64,000 nucleotides of DNA from Candidatus Methylomirabilota bacterium (GTDB taxonomy: Bacteria; Acidobacteriota; Thermoanaerobaculia; Thermoanaerobaculales; Sulfomarinibacteraceae). Below, piece after piece: positions 37,321 to 45,708 of this stretch (positions are counted from its first letter, which is position 1; each line of letters starts with the position of its first letter). Position numbers and translations under genes: made by a program. The notes below the pieces were generated by a model. The model saw nothing but the letters and a program-made list of their open reading frames with translations, ran no database searches and was not told where the DNA came from. The stretch is from assembly GCA_035464095.1 (NCBI GenBank), contig DATHSO010000150.1:56593-120592 (forward strand). Reading direction: 5' to 3'.

Positions 37321-37779
37321 TCAGGGTACGGGCTCGAACAGTCGGGCGGGGTCGAGCAGCACGGCGGGCTGCCCGGCGGCGCGGCCGCGTCCCGCCACCC
37401 ACGGCGGGTCGTCGGGTCGCCGGTCCTCGTCCCGCTCCACCGCGACCATGCCGAGGGCGTCGTCGACGGCCAGGCCCAGGGGCGCCGCCCCGTGGCGATG
37501 GCGGAGGATCACGGTCAGCCGGTAGCCGCCTCCCGCCAGGCCCGCGGGGTCGAGGAGGCCGTGCAGGTCGACCACCGCCACCGGCTCGCCCGCGAACTGC
37601 GCCAGCCCGAGGAGCCGGGGGGCCGACCTCGGCAGCGGAACGGTCGGCAGCACGCCGGTCACCTGCGGGGCGGCGTCCAGGGGGATCGCGCAGCGCTGCC
37701 CGCCGCTGCGGACGAGCAGGTGTTCCGGGTGCCGGTCAGGGCTGGTCTGGCTGGTGCCCATGCCCGCCCAGGATAGCAC
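37321..37779 (-). CDS. cheW: CheW-like coupling protein (alternative ATG start at 37761)
   Basis: Motifs LLVRSGGQRCAIPLD, LGLAQFAGEPVAVVDLHGLL and LAVDDALGMV. Confidence 0.75.
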   Translation of the reverse strand: MLSWAGMGTSQTSPDRHPEHLLVRSGGQRCAIPLDAAPQVTGVLPTVPLPRSAPRLLGLAQFAGEPVAVVDLHGLLDPAGLAGGGYRLTVILRHRHGAAPLGLAVDDALGMVAVERDEDRRPDDPPWVAGRGRAAGQPAVLLDPARLFEPVP

Positions 37780-37789
37780 CCGGGGCCGC

Positions 37790-38659
37790 TCAGGCCGCCC
37801 GCGGACCGACCCCGGTCACGACCGCGGCGCCGGTCTTGATCTCACCTGCCTCCCAGTCCCTCTCGGAGCCGCGCAGGCTGTGTGGGATCAGGAAGATCCC
37901 CATCATCACCACCCAGCCGATCACCACCGCGGCACGCAGCCGGCGCCCGGTGAGGGCGAGGATCGTGGCCGGCAGCCACGCCAGGAAAGCGACCAGGGTC
38001 TTGTTGTCGGTCAGGTCGTGGCCCAGGGGCCAGCCGGTCCAGTAGGCGTCGAAGGCGTGCTTCTGGACCACGGGGCCCAGGAACAGCCCGCCGACCACCA
38101 GCAGCCCCATGGCGAGGACCACCGTGCGGCGGGGGTCCGGGGTCGACGACCGAAGGGCCTCGAGCAGCGCCCCGGTCGCCAGCAGCATGCTCGAGAACAT
38201 GGCGAGGATGTGGGGAATGAGCACCCCGGCAGGAACGTCGGCGCGGAACCTGGCGACCGGCGGCTCGCCGGCCGGGACCGCCAGCGTCGCGCCGTCGCCG
38301 GCGGCGAGCAGGAGTCGATACTCCACCTTGCCGGCCGGCGGCTGGTGGGGCACCTCGGCGCGGAGCCGGCCGTCGGCGCCCCGGCTCATGACCTCCGCCG
38401 TCCACGGGTCGTCGGTGGGGTAACGGCGCCACTCCAGGACCCCTCCGGCGACGCCGGCCGGCACCTCGAGATCGACCTCGAGGCCCCCGGGACCGCCGTG
38501 GCTCCGCGGCAGGGCGTAGCGGAAGGGCTCGACCCCCGCGCCGGAGGCCTCGCCGCGAAGGGGGTAGCTGGGGCCGGTCGTGCGCTGGAAGACCGCGAGC
38601 AGGACGGTCAGGAGAAAGGCCGCGATCCAGAGGGCGACGGTGACGAGCTTCGTGTTCAT
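37790..38659 (-). CDS. hypothetical integral membrane protein
   Basis: N-terminal TM helix, a ~110-aa extracytoplasmic-looking domain, then 4-5 TM helices. No recognised motif. Confidence 0.55.
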   Translation of the reverse strand: MNTKLVTVALWIAAFLLTVLLAVFQRTTGPSYPLRGEASGAGVEPFRYALPRSHGGPGGLEVDLEVPAGVAGGVLEWRRYPTDDPWTAEVMSRGADGRLRAEVPHQPPAGKVEYRLLLAAGDGATLAVPAGEPPVARFRADVPAGVLIPHILAMFSSMLLATGALLEALRSSTPDPRRTVVLAMGLLVVGGLFLGPVVQKHAFDAYWTGWPLGHDLTDNKTLVAFLAWLPATILALTGRRLRAAVVIGWVVMMGIFLIPHSLRGSERDWEAGEIKTGAAVVTGVGPRAA

Positions 38660-38758
38660 CCGCGGGATTCTACGACAGAATCTCGATTGGTCCCTTCCGG
38701 TGGACGAAAAACGCCCGCGCCGGGCGGCGCGGGCGTCGACGTCCGCGACCGAAGCGGG

Positions 38759-40075
38759 TCAGTCGAGCACGGCCTTGACCATCTCCTCGATGACGCCGGG
38801 CTCCACCTCCTCGAGCTCGTAGGTGACGTTCGCCACCGGCTTGTTGACGGTGATGATCCGCTTGAGCTCGATCGGCGTGCCCTCCACGACCACGTCCGCC
38901 GGGGTCGCGTTGATGGTCTCCTGGAGGTCCTTGATCTGCTGCTCGCCGTAGCCCATGGCGGGCAGGATCCTGGCCGCGTTGGGGTACTTGTCGTAGGTCT
39001 CCTTCAGAGTCCCCACCGCGTACGGGCGGGCGTCGACGATCTCGGAGGCGCCGGCCTGCTTGGCCGCGAACCAGCCCGCGCCGTAGGTCATGCCGCCGTG
39101 GGTCAGGGTCGGGCCGTCCTCGACCACGAGGGCCCGCTTGCCGGCGATCAGCTCGGGTTGCTCGGCGGTGATCTTGGAGCGGCACTTGATGACCCGGGCC
39201 GACGGGTTGGCCCGGTGGCAGTTGTCGACCACCTCCTCGACCTTGACCGGATCGGCGGTGTCGACCTTGTTGACGATGAGCAGGTTGGAGATCCTGAGGT
39301 TGGTCTCGCCCGGGTAGTAGCTGAGCTCGTGGCCGGCCCGGTGTGGGTCGACCAGGGTGATGTGGAGGTCCGGCTTGTAGAAGGGGGTGTCGTTGTTGCC
39401 GCCGTCCCACAGGATGACGTCGGCCTCCTTCTCGGCCTCACGGACGATCTTCTCGTAGTCGACGCCGGCGTAGACCACGAAGCCGTTGTCGATGTGGGGC
39501 TCGTACTCCTCCCGCTCCTCGATGGTGCACTGGTGCCGGTCGAGGTCCTCGTAGGTCTCGAAGCGCTGGCAGATCTGCTTGGTGAGGTCGCCGTAGGGCA
39601 TGGGGTGGCGGATCGCCACCACCCGCTTACCGAGCTTCTTGAGGATCCGCGACACGTAGCGGGTGGTCTGGGACTTGCCGACGCCGGTGCGCACGGCGGT
39701 GATGGCGATGATCGGCTTTGACGACGAGATCATCGTCCGGGTCGCCGAGCAGACCCCGAAGTGGGGGCCCCAGCCGATGACCTGGCTCGCCTTGTTCATG
39801 ACGTAGGTGTGGGCGACGTCGGAGTACGAGAACCAGACCTCGTCGACCCCGTGCTCGCGGACGACCTCCTCGAGGTCGTCCTCGGGCACGATGGGAATGC
39901 CGTCCGGGTAGAGCGAGCCCGCCAACCCGGCCGGGTAGGTCCGGCCCTCGATGTCGGGGATCTGGGTGGCGGTGAAGGCCACCACCAGGTAGCGCTCGTC
40001 GTCCCGGAACAGGGTGTTGAAGTTGTGGAAGTCCCGACCGGCCGCGCCCATGATGACGACCTTGGTCCTGTCCAT
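38759..40075 (-). CDS. COG2403-type P-loop protein (family often annotated cyclic 2,3-diphosphoglycerate synthetase-like)
   Basis: N-terminus KVVIMGAAGRDFHNFN, VVAFTATQIPDIEGR and P-loop ITAVRTGVGKSQTT. Function is not established in bacteria. Confidence 0.6.
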   Translation of the reverse strand: MDRTKVVIMGAAGRDFHNFNTLFRDDERYLVVAFTATQIPDIEGRTYPAGLAGSLYPDGIPIVPEDDLEEVVREHGVDEVWFSYSDVAHTYVMNKASQVIGWGPHFGVCSATRTMISSSKPIIAITAVRTGVGKSQTTRYVSRILKKLGKRVVAIRHPMPYGDLTKQICQRFETYEDLDRHQCTIEEREEYEPHIDNGFVVYAGVDYEKIVREAEKEADVILWDGGNNDTPFYKPDLHITLVDPHRAGHELSYYPGETNLRISNLLIVNKVDTADPVKVEEVVDNCHRANPSARVIKCRSKITAEQPELIAGKRALVVEDGPTLTHGGMTYGAGWFAAKQAGASEIVDARPYAVGTLKETYDKYPNAARILPAMGYGEQQIKDLQETINATPADVVVEGTPIELKRIITVNKPVANVTYELEEVEPGVIEEMVKAVLD

Positions 40076-40157
40076 GGATTGTCCTCCTCGGATCACCACG
40101 CCGGCGGTGTCTCCCTGCCGGCGACCCGCCGGGTAAGGCTGAACCGGCGGGGCGAGC

Positions 40158-40196
40158 GCATTCTACCACCAGCGCTTCGCGCGGGTGGTAGAATGC
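40158..40196. repeat. 12-bp perfect hairpin with 15-nt loop
   Basis: GCATTCTACCAC ... GTGGTAGAATGC. Each arm contains TAGAAT/ATTCTA, a possible -10 element for the minus-strand COG2403 gene. Confidence 0.8.
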
Positions 40197-40205
40197 TAAA
40201 TTCTC

Positions 40206-40318
40206 AATTATGAATTATGAATTATGAATTACATCGCAAGGGCGGCGACGTCTTCGAGAGCAGTTCACAGGATCAGTGCCCGCCATTCATAATTCATAAT
40301 TCAAAATTCATAATTCAC
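40206..40318. repeat. AT-rich heptamer foldback (element E4)
   Basis: (AATTATG)x3.9 at 40206..40232 and its complement (CATAATT-type)x~5 at 40285..40318 flank a 52-nt GC-rich core. Strong AT island in a GC-rich genome. Confidence 0.9.
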
Positions 40319-40321
40319 GGG

Positions 40322-41854
40322 TTACTCCCACTCGATGGTGCCGGGGGGCTTGGAGGTGACGTCGTAGACGACCCGGTTGATGCCGGCGACCTCGTTGACC
40401 ACCCGGCGGGCGATGCGGTCGAGGACCTCGGGCGGGAAGCGGAACCAGTCGGCGGTCATGAAGTCGCTGGTGGTCACGGCGCGCACCGCCAGCACCTGGT
40501 CGTAGGTGCGGGCATCGCCCATGACCCCCACCGAGCGCACCGGGAGCAGCACGCACAGGGCCTGGGCGATCGCGTCGTAGAGGCCGGCGCTCCGGATCTC
40601 GTCGATCACGATCGCGTCGGCCTGCTGCAGGGTCCGGACCTGGTCCCGGCTGACCTCGCCGAGGATCCGCACCGCGAGCCCCGGACCGGGGAAAGGGTGG
40701 CGCCAGACGAAGTCGTGGGGCAGGCCGAGCTCCTCCCCCACCCTGCGGACCTCGTCCTTGAACAGGTCCCTCAGCGGCTCCACCAGCTCGAGGCCGAGCC
40801 GCTCGGGCAGCCCGCCCACGTTGTGGTGGGTCTTGATCACCGCTGCCGTGCCGCGTACCCCCGACGACTCGATGACGTCCGGGTAGAGGGTGCCCTGGGC
40901 CAGGTAGGCGGCGTCGGGGAAGCGCCGGGCCTCGGCCTCGAAGACCTCGATGAACTCGCGGCCGATGATGCGCCGCTTCTGCTCGGGGTCGGCGACCCCG
41001 GCGAGGGCGTCGAAGAAGCGGTCGGCGGCGTCCACCAGGTCGAGCTCGATGCCGACCTCGGCGAAGCGGGCCATGACCGCCGCCGCCTCGTTCTGGCGGA
41101 GCACCCCGGTGTCGACGAAGATCGGCACCACCCGGCCGCCGATCGCCTCCCGCAGCAGCAGGGCGGTCACCGACGAGTCGACCCCGCCCGACACGGCGCA
41201 GATCACCCGGCCCGATGGAATCCGGCGCCGCAGGTCGGCCACCAGCTCGTGGCGGATGGCGGCCGGGTTCCAGTCCCGGCGGGCGCCGGCGAGGTGGATG
41301 AAGCGCTCGAGCATGGTGGTCCCGTGGGGGGTGTGGCGGACCTCGGGGTGGAACTGCAGGCCGATGAGCCCCCGCTCCCGGTGAACCATGGCCGCCACCG
41401 GCGAGTTGGAGGTCCGGCCCACCGCCTCGAATCCGTCGGGCAGCCGGATGACGTGGTCGCCGTGGCTCATCCACACGGTCTGCGATGCCGGCGTGCCCCT
41501 CAGGATCGAGCCGTCGTGGGTGACCTCGAGCTCGGCGAGGCCGTACTCCCGGCGGTTGGAGGCCGCCACCTCGCCGCCCAGGTCCCGGGCCATCAGCTGC
41601 ATGCCGTAGCAGATGCCGAGCACCGGCACCCCGAGCCCGAAGACCGCCGGGTCGACCTGGAGGGCGCCGGGCTCGGTGACGCTGGCGGGGCCGCCGGAGA
41701 GGACCACCGCGATCGGCTCGGCAGCACGCACCTCGTCGCCCGGAAGGTCGCCGCGCTCGATGACCGTCTTGACGCCGAGCTCCCGCAGCCGGCGAGCGAT
41801 GAGCTGGGTGTACTGGGAGCCGAAGTCGAGGATCAGGATGGTCTCGTGCCGCAT
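40322..41854 (-). CDS. guaA: GMP synthase (glutamine-hydrolysing)
   Basis: N-terminus ILILDFGSQYTQLIARRLRE, GICYGMQ, ATP-PPase SGGVDSSV, and C-terminus YDVTSKPPGTIEWE. Confidence 0.95.
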   Translation of the reverse strand: MRHETILILDFGSQYTQLIARRLRELGVKTVIERGDLPGDEVRAAEPIAVVLSGGPASVTEPGALQVDPAVFGLGVPVLGICYGMQLMARDLGGEVAASNRREYGLAELEVTHDGSILRGTPASQTVWMSHGDHVIRLPDGFEAVGRTSNSPVAAMVHRERGLIGLQFHPEVRHTPHGTTMLERFIHLAGARRDWNPAAIRHELVADLRRRIPSGRVICAVSGGVDSSVTALLLREAIGGRVVPIFVDTGVLRQNEAAAVMARFAEVGIELDLVDAADRFFDALAGVADPEQKRRIIGREFIEVFEAEARRFPDAAYLAQGTLYPDVIESSGVRGTAAVIKTHHNVGGLPERLGLELVEPLRDLFKDEVRRVGEELGLPHDFVWRHPFPGPGLAVRILGEVSRDQVRTLQQADAIVIDEIRSAGLYDAIAQALCVLLPVRSVGVMGDARTYDQVLAVRAVTTSDFMTADWFRFPPEVLDRIARRVVNEVAGINRVVYDVTSKPPGTIEWE

Positions 41855-41916
41855 GGGCGCTCCGTTTCGCGTGCTCCGGCGGAGCATAGCAGAGGCCCCC
41901 GGGACCGGAGCGTCGT

Positions 41917-42536
41917 GGGTTTTAACCGCGAAGACGCAAAGATCGCGAAGCCATCGCAGACATCGCATTGTTAACGCAGAGGCGCAGAGACATCGCAGAC
42001 ATCACAGCTCAACGCAAAGGCGCCAAGGCGCAAAGACGCAAAGACATCGCAGCCATCGCAGGGAGTGTGGGCGGCGGAGTCGGCGGCGGTTCGGAACCGC
42101 CGCCACCGCGACGGCGTGCGTCCGATCCGAACACGGGTGTTCGTCCCGGCCGCATGCCGTCCCGGCCCGCTGTGCTCGGAGCACAGCGGCTCCGCCTCGG
42201 TGACACGTTGCCTTCACGTCATGCCGAGTCGGGCGTCCCGGGCCTGTCGAATCCTCGGGGAGCCCTCGGAGATCGACCTTCGGGGAATGCCAACCCGGAC
42301 CTCAGTGCCGCACCGTCGGGCCTCACTCCGGACCGCGGGAGAGCGACGCACCGTCGACCGTCAGACCCGCACGCTCCCGAGCTGCGATGCCCTCGGCACC
42401 ACTGCGTAGGTCTGCGATGGGCCAGAAATGCGATGGTGCGATGGCTCTGCGGCTCTGAGCCTCTGCGTTGAAAATGCGATGTGCGCGATGACCTTGTGAT
42501 GTCTTCGCGTTCTCCGCGTCTTCGCGGTTCAACCCC
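41917..42536. repeat. ~620-bp foldback element with ~150-nt word-repeat inverted arms (element E6)
   Basis: Left arm 41917..42063 and right arm ~42382..42536 are imperfect reverse complements built from the words CGCGAAG, CCATCGCAG, GCGCAGAG and ACGCAAAG. Termini are GGGTTTTAACCGCGAAGACGC / GCGTCTTCGCGGTTCAACCCC. Confidence 0.85.
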
Positions 42537-42559
42537 GACACCGCCCCGCCGCCCCCAGA

Positions 42560-42588
42560 TTGCGCAATCCGGGGCAACGCGCTAAGAT
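42560..42588 (+). promoter_or_regulatory. sigma-70-like promoter for rex
   Basis: TTGCGC - 17 nt - TAAGAT, located just outside the right terminus of element E6. Confidence 0.45.
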
Positions 42589-42620
42589 CGCGCTTGTGAA
42601 ATCGGACACATGATCGGCCG

Positions 42621-43310
42621 ATGCAGGAACCGTCGGCCGCGGAGTGTCCTGGAGTGGCCATGACCGCATACAAACGGCACATCGACAACTCGGCGATCTC
42701 GGACCTCACGGTGGCCCGGCTCTCGGTCTACCTCCGGTGCATGGACCGGCTGCTGGAGCTCGGCGTCGACACCGTCTCGAGCCAGGCGCTGGCGGACCGC
42801 TTCGGCCTCAACTCGGCCCAGATCCGCAAGGACCTGGCCTACTTCGGCGAGTTCGGGGTGCGCGGGGTGGGCTACAACGTGCGCGAGCTCCGGCAGTACG
42901 TGGTCGAGATCCTGGGCCTCGACCGGGAGCGGCGGCTGATCATCGTCGGGGCCGGCAACCTCGGCACCGCCCTCTGCCACTACTCGGGCTTCTCGGGCGG
43001 CAACTTCCTGGTGGTGGCCATCCTGGACTCGGACCCGAGCCGGATCGGCGACCCGACCCCGGCCGGCCTCCTGGTCGAGGACGCGGCCCGCCTCGGCGAG
43101 ATCGTGGCCCAGCGCCAGGTGGAGATCGGCGTCATCACGACGCCGGCATCCGCGGCCCAGGTGGTGGCCGACTCCATGGTCGACGCCGGCCTCAAGGCGA
43201 TCCTCAACTTCGCGCCGATCAGGGTCCGCGCCCCCGGGGGCGTGCTGGTCAAGACCGTCGACCTGGGCGTCCACCTCGAGGAGCTCAGCTTCCACCTGAC
43301 CCACGCCTGA
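42621..43310 (+). CDS. rex: redox-sensing transcriptional repressor Rex
   Basis: Motifs RLSVYLRCM, IRKDLAYFGEFGVRGVGY and Rossmann IVGAGNLGTAL. Confidence 0.9.
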   Translation: MQEPSAAECPGVAMTAYKRHIDNSAISDLTVARLSVYLRCMDRLLELGVDTVSSQALADRFGLNSAQIRKDLAYFGEFGVRGVGYNVRELRQYVVEILGLDRERRLIIVGAGNLGTALCHYSGFSGGNFLVVAILDSDPSRIGDPTPAGLLVEDAARLGEIVAQRQVEIGVITTPASAAQVVADSMVDAGLKAILNFAPIRVRAPGGVLVKTVDLGVHLEELSFHLTHA

Positions 43311-43361
43311 GCCGCCGCGCGGAGATTGTCGAAGTCCCAGGGCTCGGTTAGAGTTGCCGGG

Positions 43362-45062
43362 ATGGAGACTCCAGAGCGGATTGGCAAGTACGAGGTCCGG
43401 TCGCAGATCGCGGCCGGCGGCTTCGGGGTCATCTTCAAGGGCTGGGACCCCTTCATCAAGCGCCCGGTCGCCATCAAGATGTGCGCCTCCCCCGACGAGG
43501 AGGTCCGCCAGCGCTTCCAGCAGGAGGCCCAGTTCGTCGGCAACCTGGTCCACCGCAACATCACCCTCGTCTTCGACTTCGGGGTCGAGGGCGGGATTCC
43601 CTACATCGTCCAGGAGTTTCTCACCGGCTACGACCTCGACCAGCTGGTCAAGGCCGGGGTCGTGGACGACACCAGGACCGTGACCTCGATCCTCCTCCAG
43701 GTCTGCGAGGGCCTCGACTTCGCCCACCAGCGGGGGATCGTCCACCGCGACATCAAGCCCTCCAACATCCGGGTCCTCGAGGATGGGACCGTCAAGATCA
43801 TGGACTTCGGCATCGCCAAGTCCCTGGAAGGCTCGACCAAGCTCACCCAGACCGGCATCGCCCTCGGCACCGCCGGCTACCTCGCGCCCGAGCAGATCCA
43901 GGGCGGGACGGTGGACCCCCGCACGGACATCTTCGCCCTCGGCGTGGTCGCCTACGAGCTGGTGACCGGGGAGCGCCCGTTTCACGGCACGTCCCTGTCC
44001 AACGTCCTCTACCAGATCCTCAACGACGAGCCGCGGAGGCCGTCCGAGGTCATGCCCGGGATTTCGCCGGAGCTCCAGGACGTGGTCGTGCGCTGCATGG
44101 CGAAGGCCCCCGCCAACCGCTACCAGAGCGCCCGCGAGGTCTTCCAGGCCCTGCGCGCCGTGCCCGGAGCCGGTCCGGACGACGGCGAGTCGACGGTCGA
44201 GGCCACCACCGGAGTGCTCCGGGTGGCGATGGCCAACATGGCGCCGGTCGTCAGCCACGAGGAGCCTCCGACCCGCGACCTCTCGGGCGCCGGGGTCGAC
44301 GCCGACGCCACCGTGCAGGTCGACTCGGGAAGCTCGGTGACCGAGCTCTCCCGCTCCCCGGACATCGAGGAGGAGAACAAGGACCGGCGCAATCCCGTGT
44401 TCGTGATCTTCCTGCTCCTGCTCGGGGTAGTGATCGCCGCCGGCGCGGCGCTGTACCTGTCCCGCGACGTGCAGGACCTGGTCTTCGGGCCGGAGGGTGC
44501 GCCCTGGCTGCCCACCGCCACCCCGACCCCCACCGCCACCGCCACCCCCACCGAGGTGCCGACCCGCACCCCCACCCCGACCGTCACCGAGACGCCGGCG
44601 CCCGAGCCCACGCCGACGCCGGCGCCGGTGACGGTCCGCCTGCACGTGGACCCGCCCGCCTCGGTGACCGTGGACGGCCGTCCCTTCAACGGCGGCGACA
44701 AGACCAACGGCGGCACCATCGCTCTGCTGCCCGGGCCCCACACCTTCACGGTGTCGGTCCCCGACTTCCCCGCCCGCACCTTCACCCGCACCGTCGACCC
44801 GGCGACCCGGACCATCGTGCTCAACCTGGATCTCGGACTGCTGACGGTGATGATCGACCCCGCGGTCCGCCTGCCGGGTGGCGAGGCCTTCCTGGACGGC
44901 GACTCCATCGGCGCCCTGCCCCTGATCCGTCGCAAGGTGGAGGCCGGGGAGCACGAGCTCGTGGTGAGGTGGCCGGGGGCGGACGCACCGTTCAGGCGGC
45001 GCATCACCGTACCGCCGGCGCCGGCGGAGCTGCGGCTCACAGTGGCGCCGGGGGGGGCGTGA
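43362..45062 (+). CDS. Ser/Thr protein kinase with TM segment and PEGA-like C-terminal domain
   Basis: Motifs IAAGGFGVIFKG, VAIK, HRDIKPSNI, DFGIAK and GTAGYLAPE. TM segment VFVIFLLLLGVVIAAGAALY. Confidence 0.88.
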   Translation: METPERIGKYEVRSQIAAGGFGVIFKGWDPFIKRPVAIKMCASPDEEVRQRFQQEAQFVGNLVHRNITLVFDFGVEGGIPYIVQEFLTGYDLDQLVKAGVVDDTRTVTSILLQVCEGLDFAHQRGIVHRDIKPSNIRVLEDGTVKIMDFGIAKSLEGSTKLTQTGIALGTAGYLAPEQIQGGTVDPRTDIFALGVVAYELVTGERPFHGTSLSNVLYQILNDEPRRPSEVMPGISPELQDVVVRCMAKAPANRYQSAREVFQALRAVPGAGPDDGESTVEATTGVLRVAMANMAPVVSHEEPPTRDLSGAGVDADATVQVDSGSSVTELSRSPDIEEENKDRRNPVFVIFLLLLGVVIAAGAALYLSRDVQDLVFGPEGAPWLPTATPTPTATATPTEVPTRTPTPTVTETPAPEPTPTPAPVTVRLHVDPPASVTVDGRPFNGGDKTNGGTIALLPGPHTFTVSVPDFPARTFTRTVDPATRTIVLNLDLGLLTVMIDPAVRLPGGEAFLDGDSIGALPLIRRKVEAGEHELVVRWPGADAPFRRRITVPPAPAELRLTVAPGGA

Positions 45063-45092
45063 GTCATCAGTAGTGAGTGGTGAGTGTCGGAC

Positions 45093-45182
45093 GGTGCCAG
45101 GTACGGCGACTTGACAAACACGCCAAGAACCACGCCACCGCTGCATCGATGACGAGTTTGTCAAGTCGCCGTACCTGGCACC
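45093..45182. repeat. perfect 27-bp inverted repeat with 36-nt loop
   Basis: GGTGCCAGGTACGGCGACTTGACAAAC (45093..45119) and GTTTGTCAAGTCGCCGTACCTGGCACC (45156..45182). The right arm lies within the decayed four-helix-bundle reading frame. Confidence 0.95.
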
Positions 45183-45405
45183 CTCGGAGATCGTCCGATC
45201 CACGGGACCGGGGCACGGGAGGGCCGGGAAGGATCGGGCGTACTACTTCCGCGTCGCCTTCGGCTCCGCGAAGGAGGCCGAGACCCACCTCGGGATTCTG
45301 CTCACTGCCGGTGTTATCGATCGCGGCCAAGCCATTCGCGCCCTCCGGCTCTTCGACGACGTCCGCGCCATGACTTGGAGGCTCCTTCCCCCTCACCCTG
45401 AACTT
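45115..45405 (+). pseudogene. decayed four-helix-bundle (IVS-protein family) gene remnant
   Basis: My frame-1 translation gives ...PSEIVRSTGPGHGRAGKDRAYYFRVAFGSAKEAETHLGILLTAGVIDRGQAIRALRLFDDVRAMTWRLLPPHPEL, colinear with ORF 20587..20955. It has no ATG/GTG/TTG start, a shortened NIAEG region, and an upstream in-frame stop at 45112. Confidence 0.7.
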
Positions 45406-45423
45406 GCGCACCCGGGACGCTCG

Positions 45424-45448
45424 TTGTGGGGCCGGCGGCTCGCCGGCC
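45424..45448 (+). other. second copy of the conserved 25-nt stem-loop motif
   Basis: TTGTGGGGCCGGCGGCTCGCCGGCC, identical to 20979..21003 and in the same position downstream of the four-helix-bundle homology. Confidence 0.85.
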
Positions 45449-45451
45449 AAC

Positions 45452-45665
45452 GGGTGAACGCACCCGGAGCCGGAGCCGGTGCTGGTCGCTGACGCCGGTC
45501 GCTGACGCTGGCGCTGGTTGCTGCCCCTGATCGCTGGCGCTGATCGCTGATGCTGATCGCTGATGCTGATCGCTGACAGCTGGTCGCTGTCATCGGGTGC
45601 GGGCACCCGGCTCCGCCTTCGGCTTCGCCGTGCCAAGCGGACGCGGACGCGGACGGGGGAAGGCC
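45452..45665. repeat. right repeat complex of the decayed cassette (element E5)
   Basis: GGTGAACGCACCCGG; (GGAGCC)x2; GCTGGTCGCTGAC/GCTGATCGCTGAT units 45481..45592; GCACCCGGCTCC; (GGACGC)x3 45638..45657; GGGGGAAGGCCGGG. Confidence 0.85.
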
Positions 45666-45708
45666 GGGCACTTGCGGGGATGGCGTGGTCGTCGGTACAG
45701 TGGTCCGG

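Noticed and set aside
38759-40075. Confident functional call as cyclic 2,3-diphosphoglycerate synthetase
   Set aside because: The family resemblance is recalled from annotation practice only, and the activity is known from thermophilic methanogens. I kept it as a COG2403-type P-loop protein of uncertain function.
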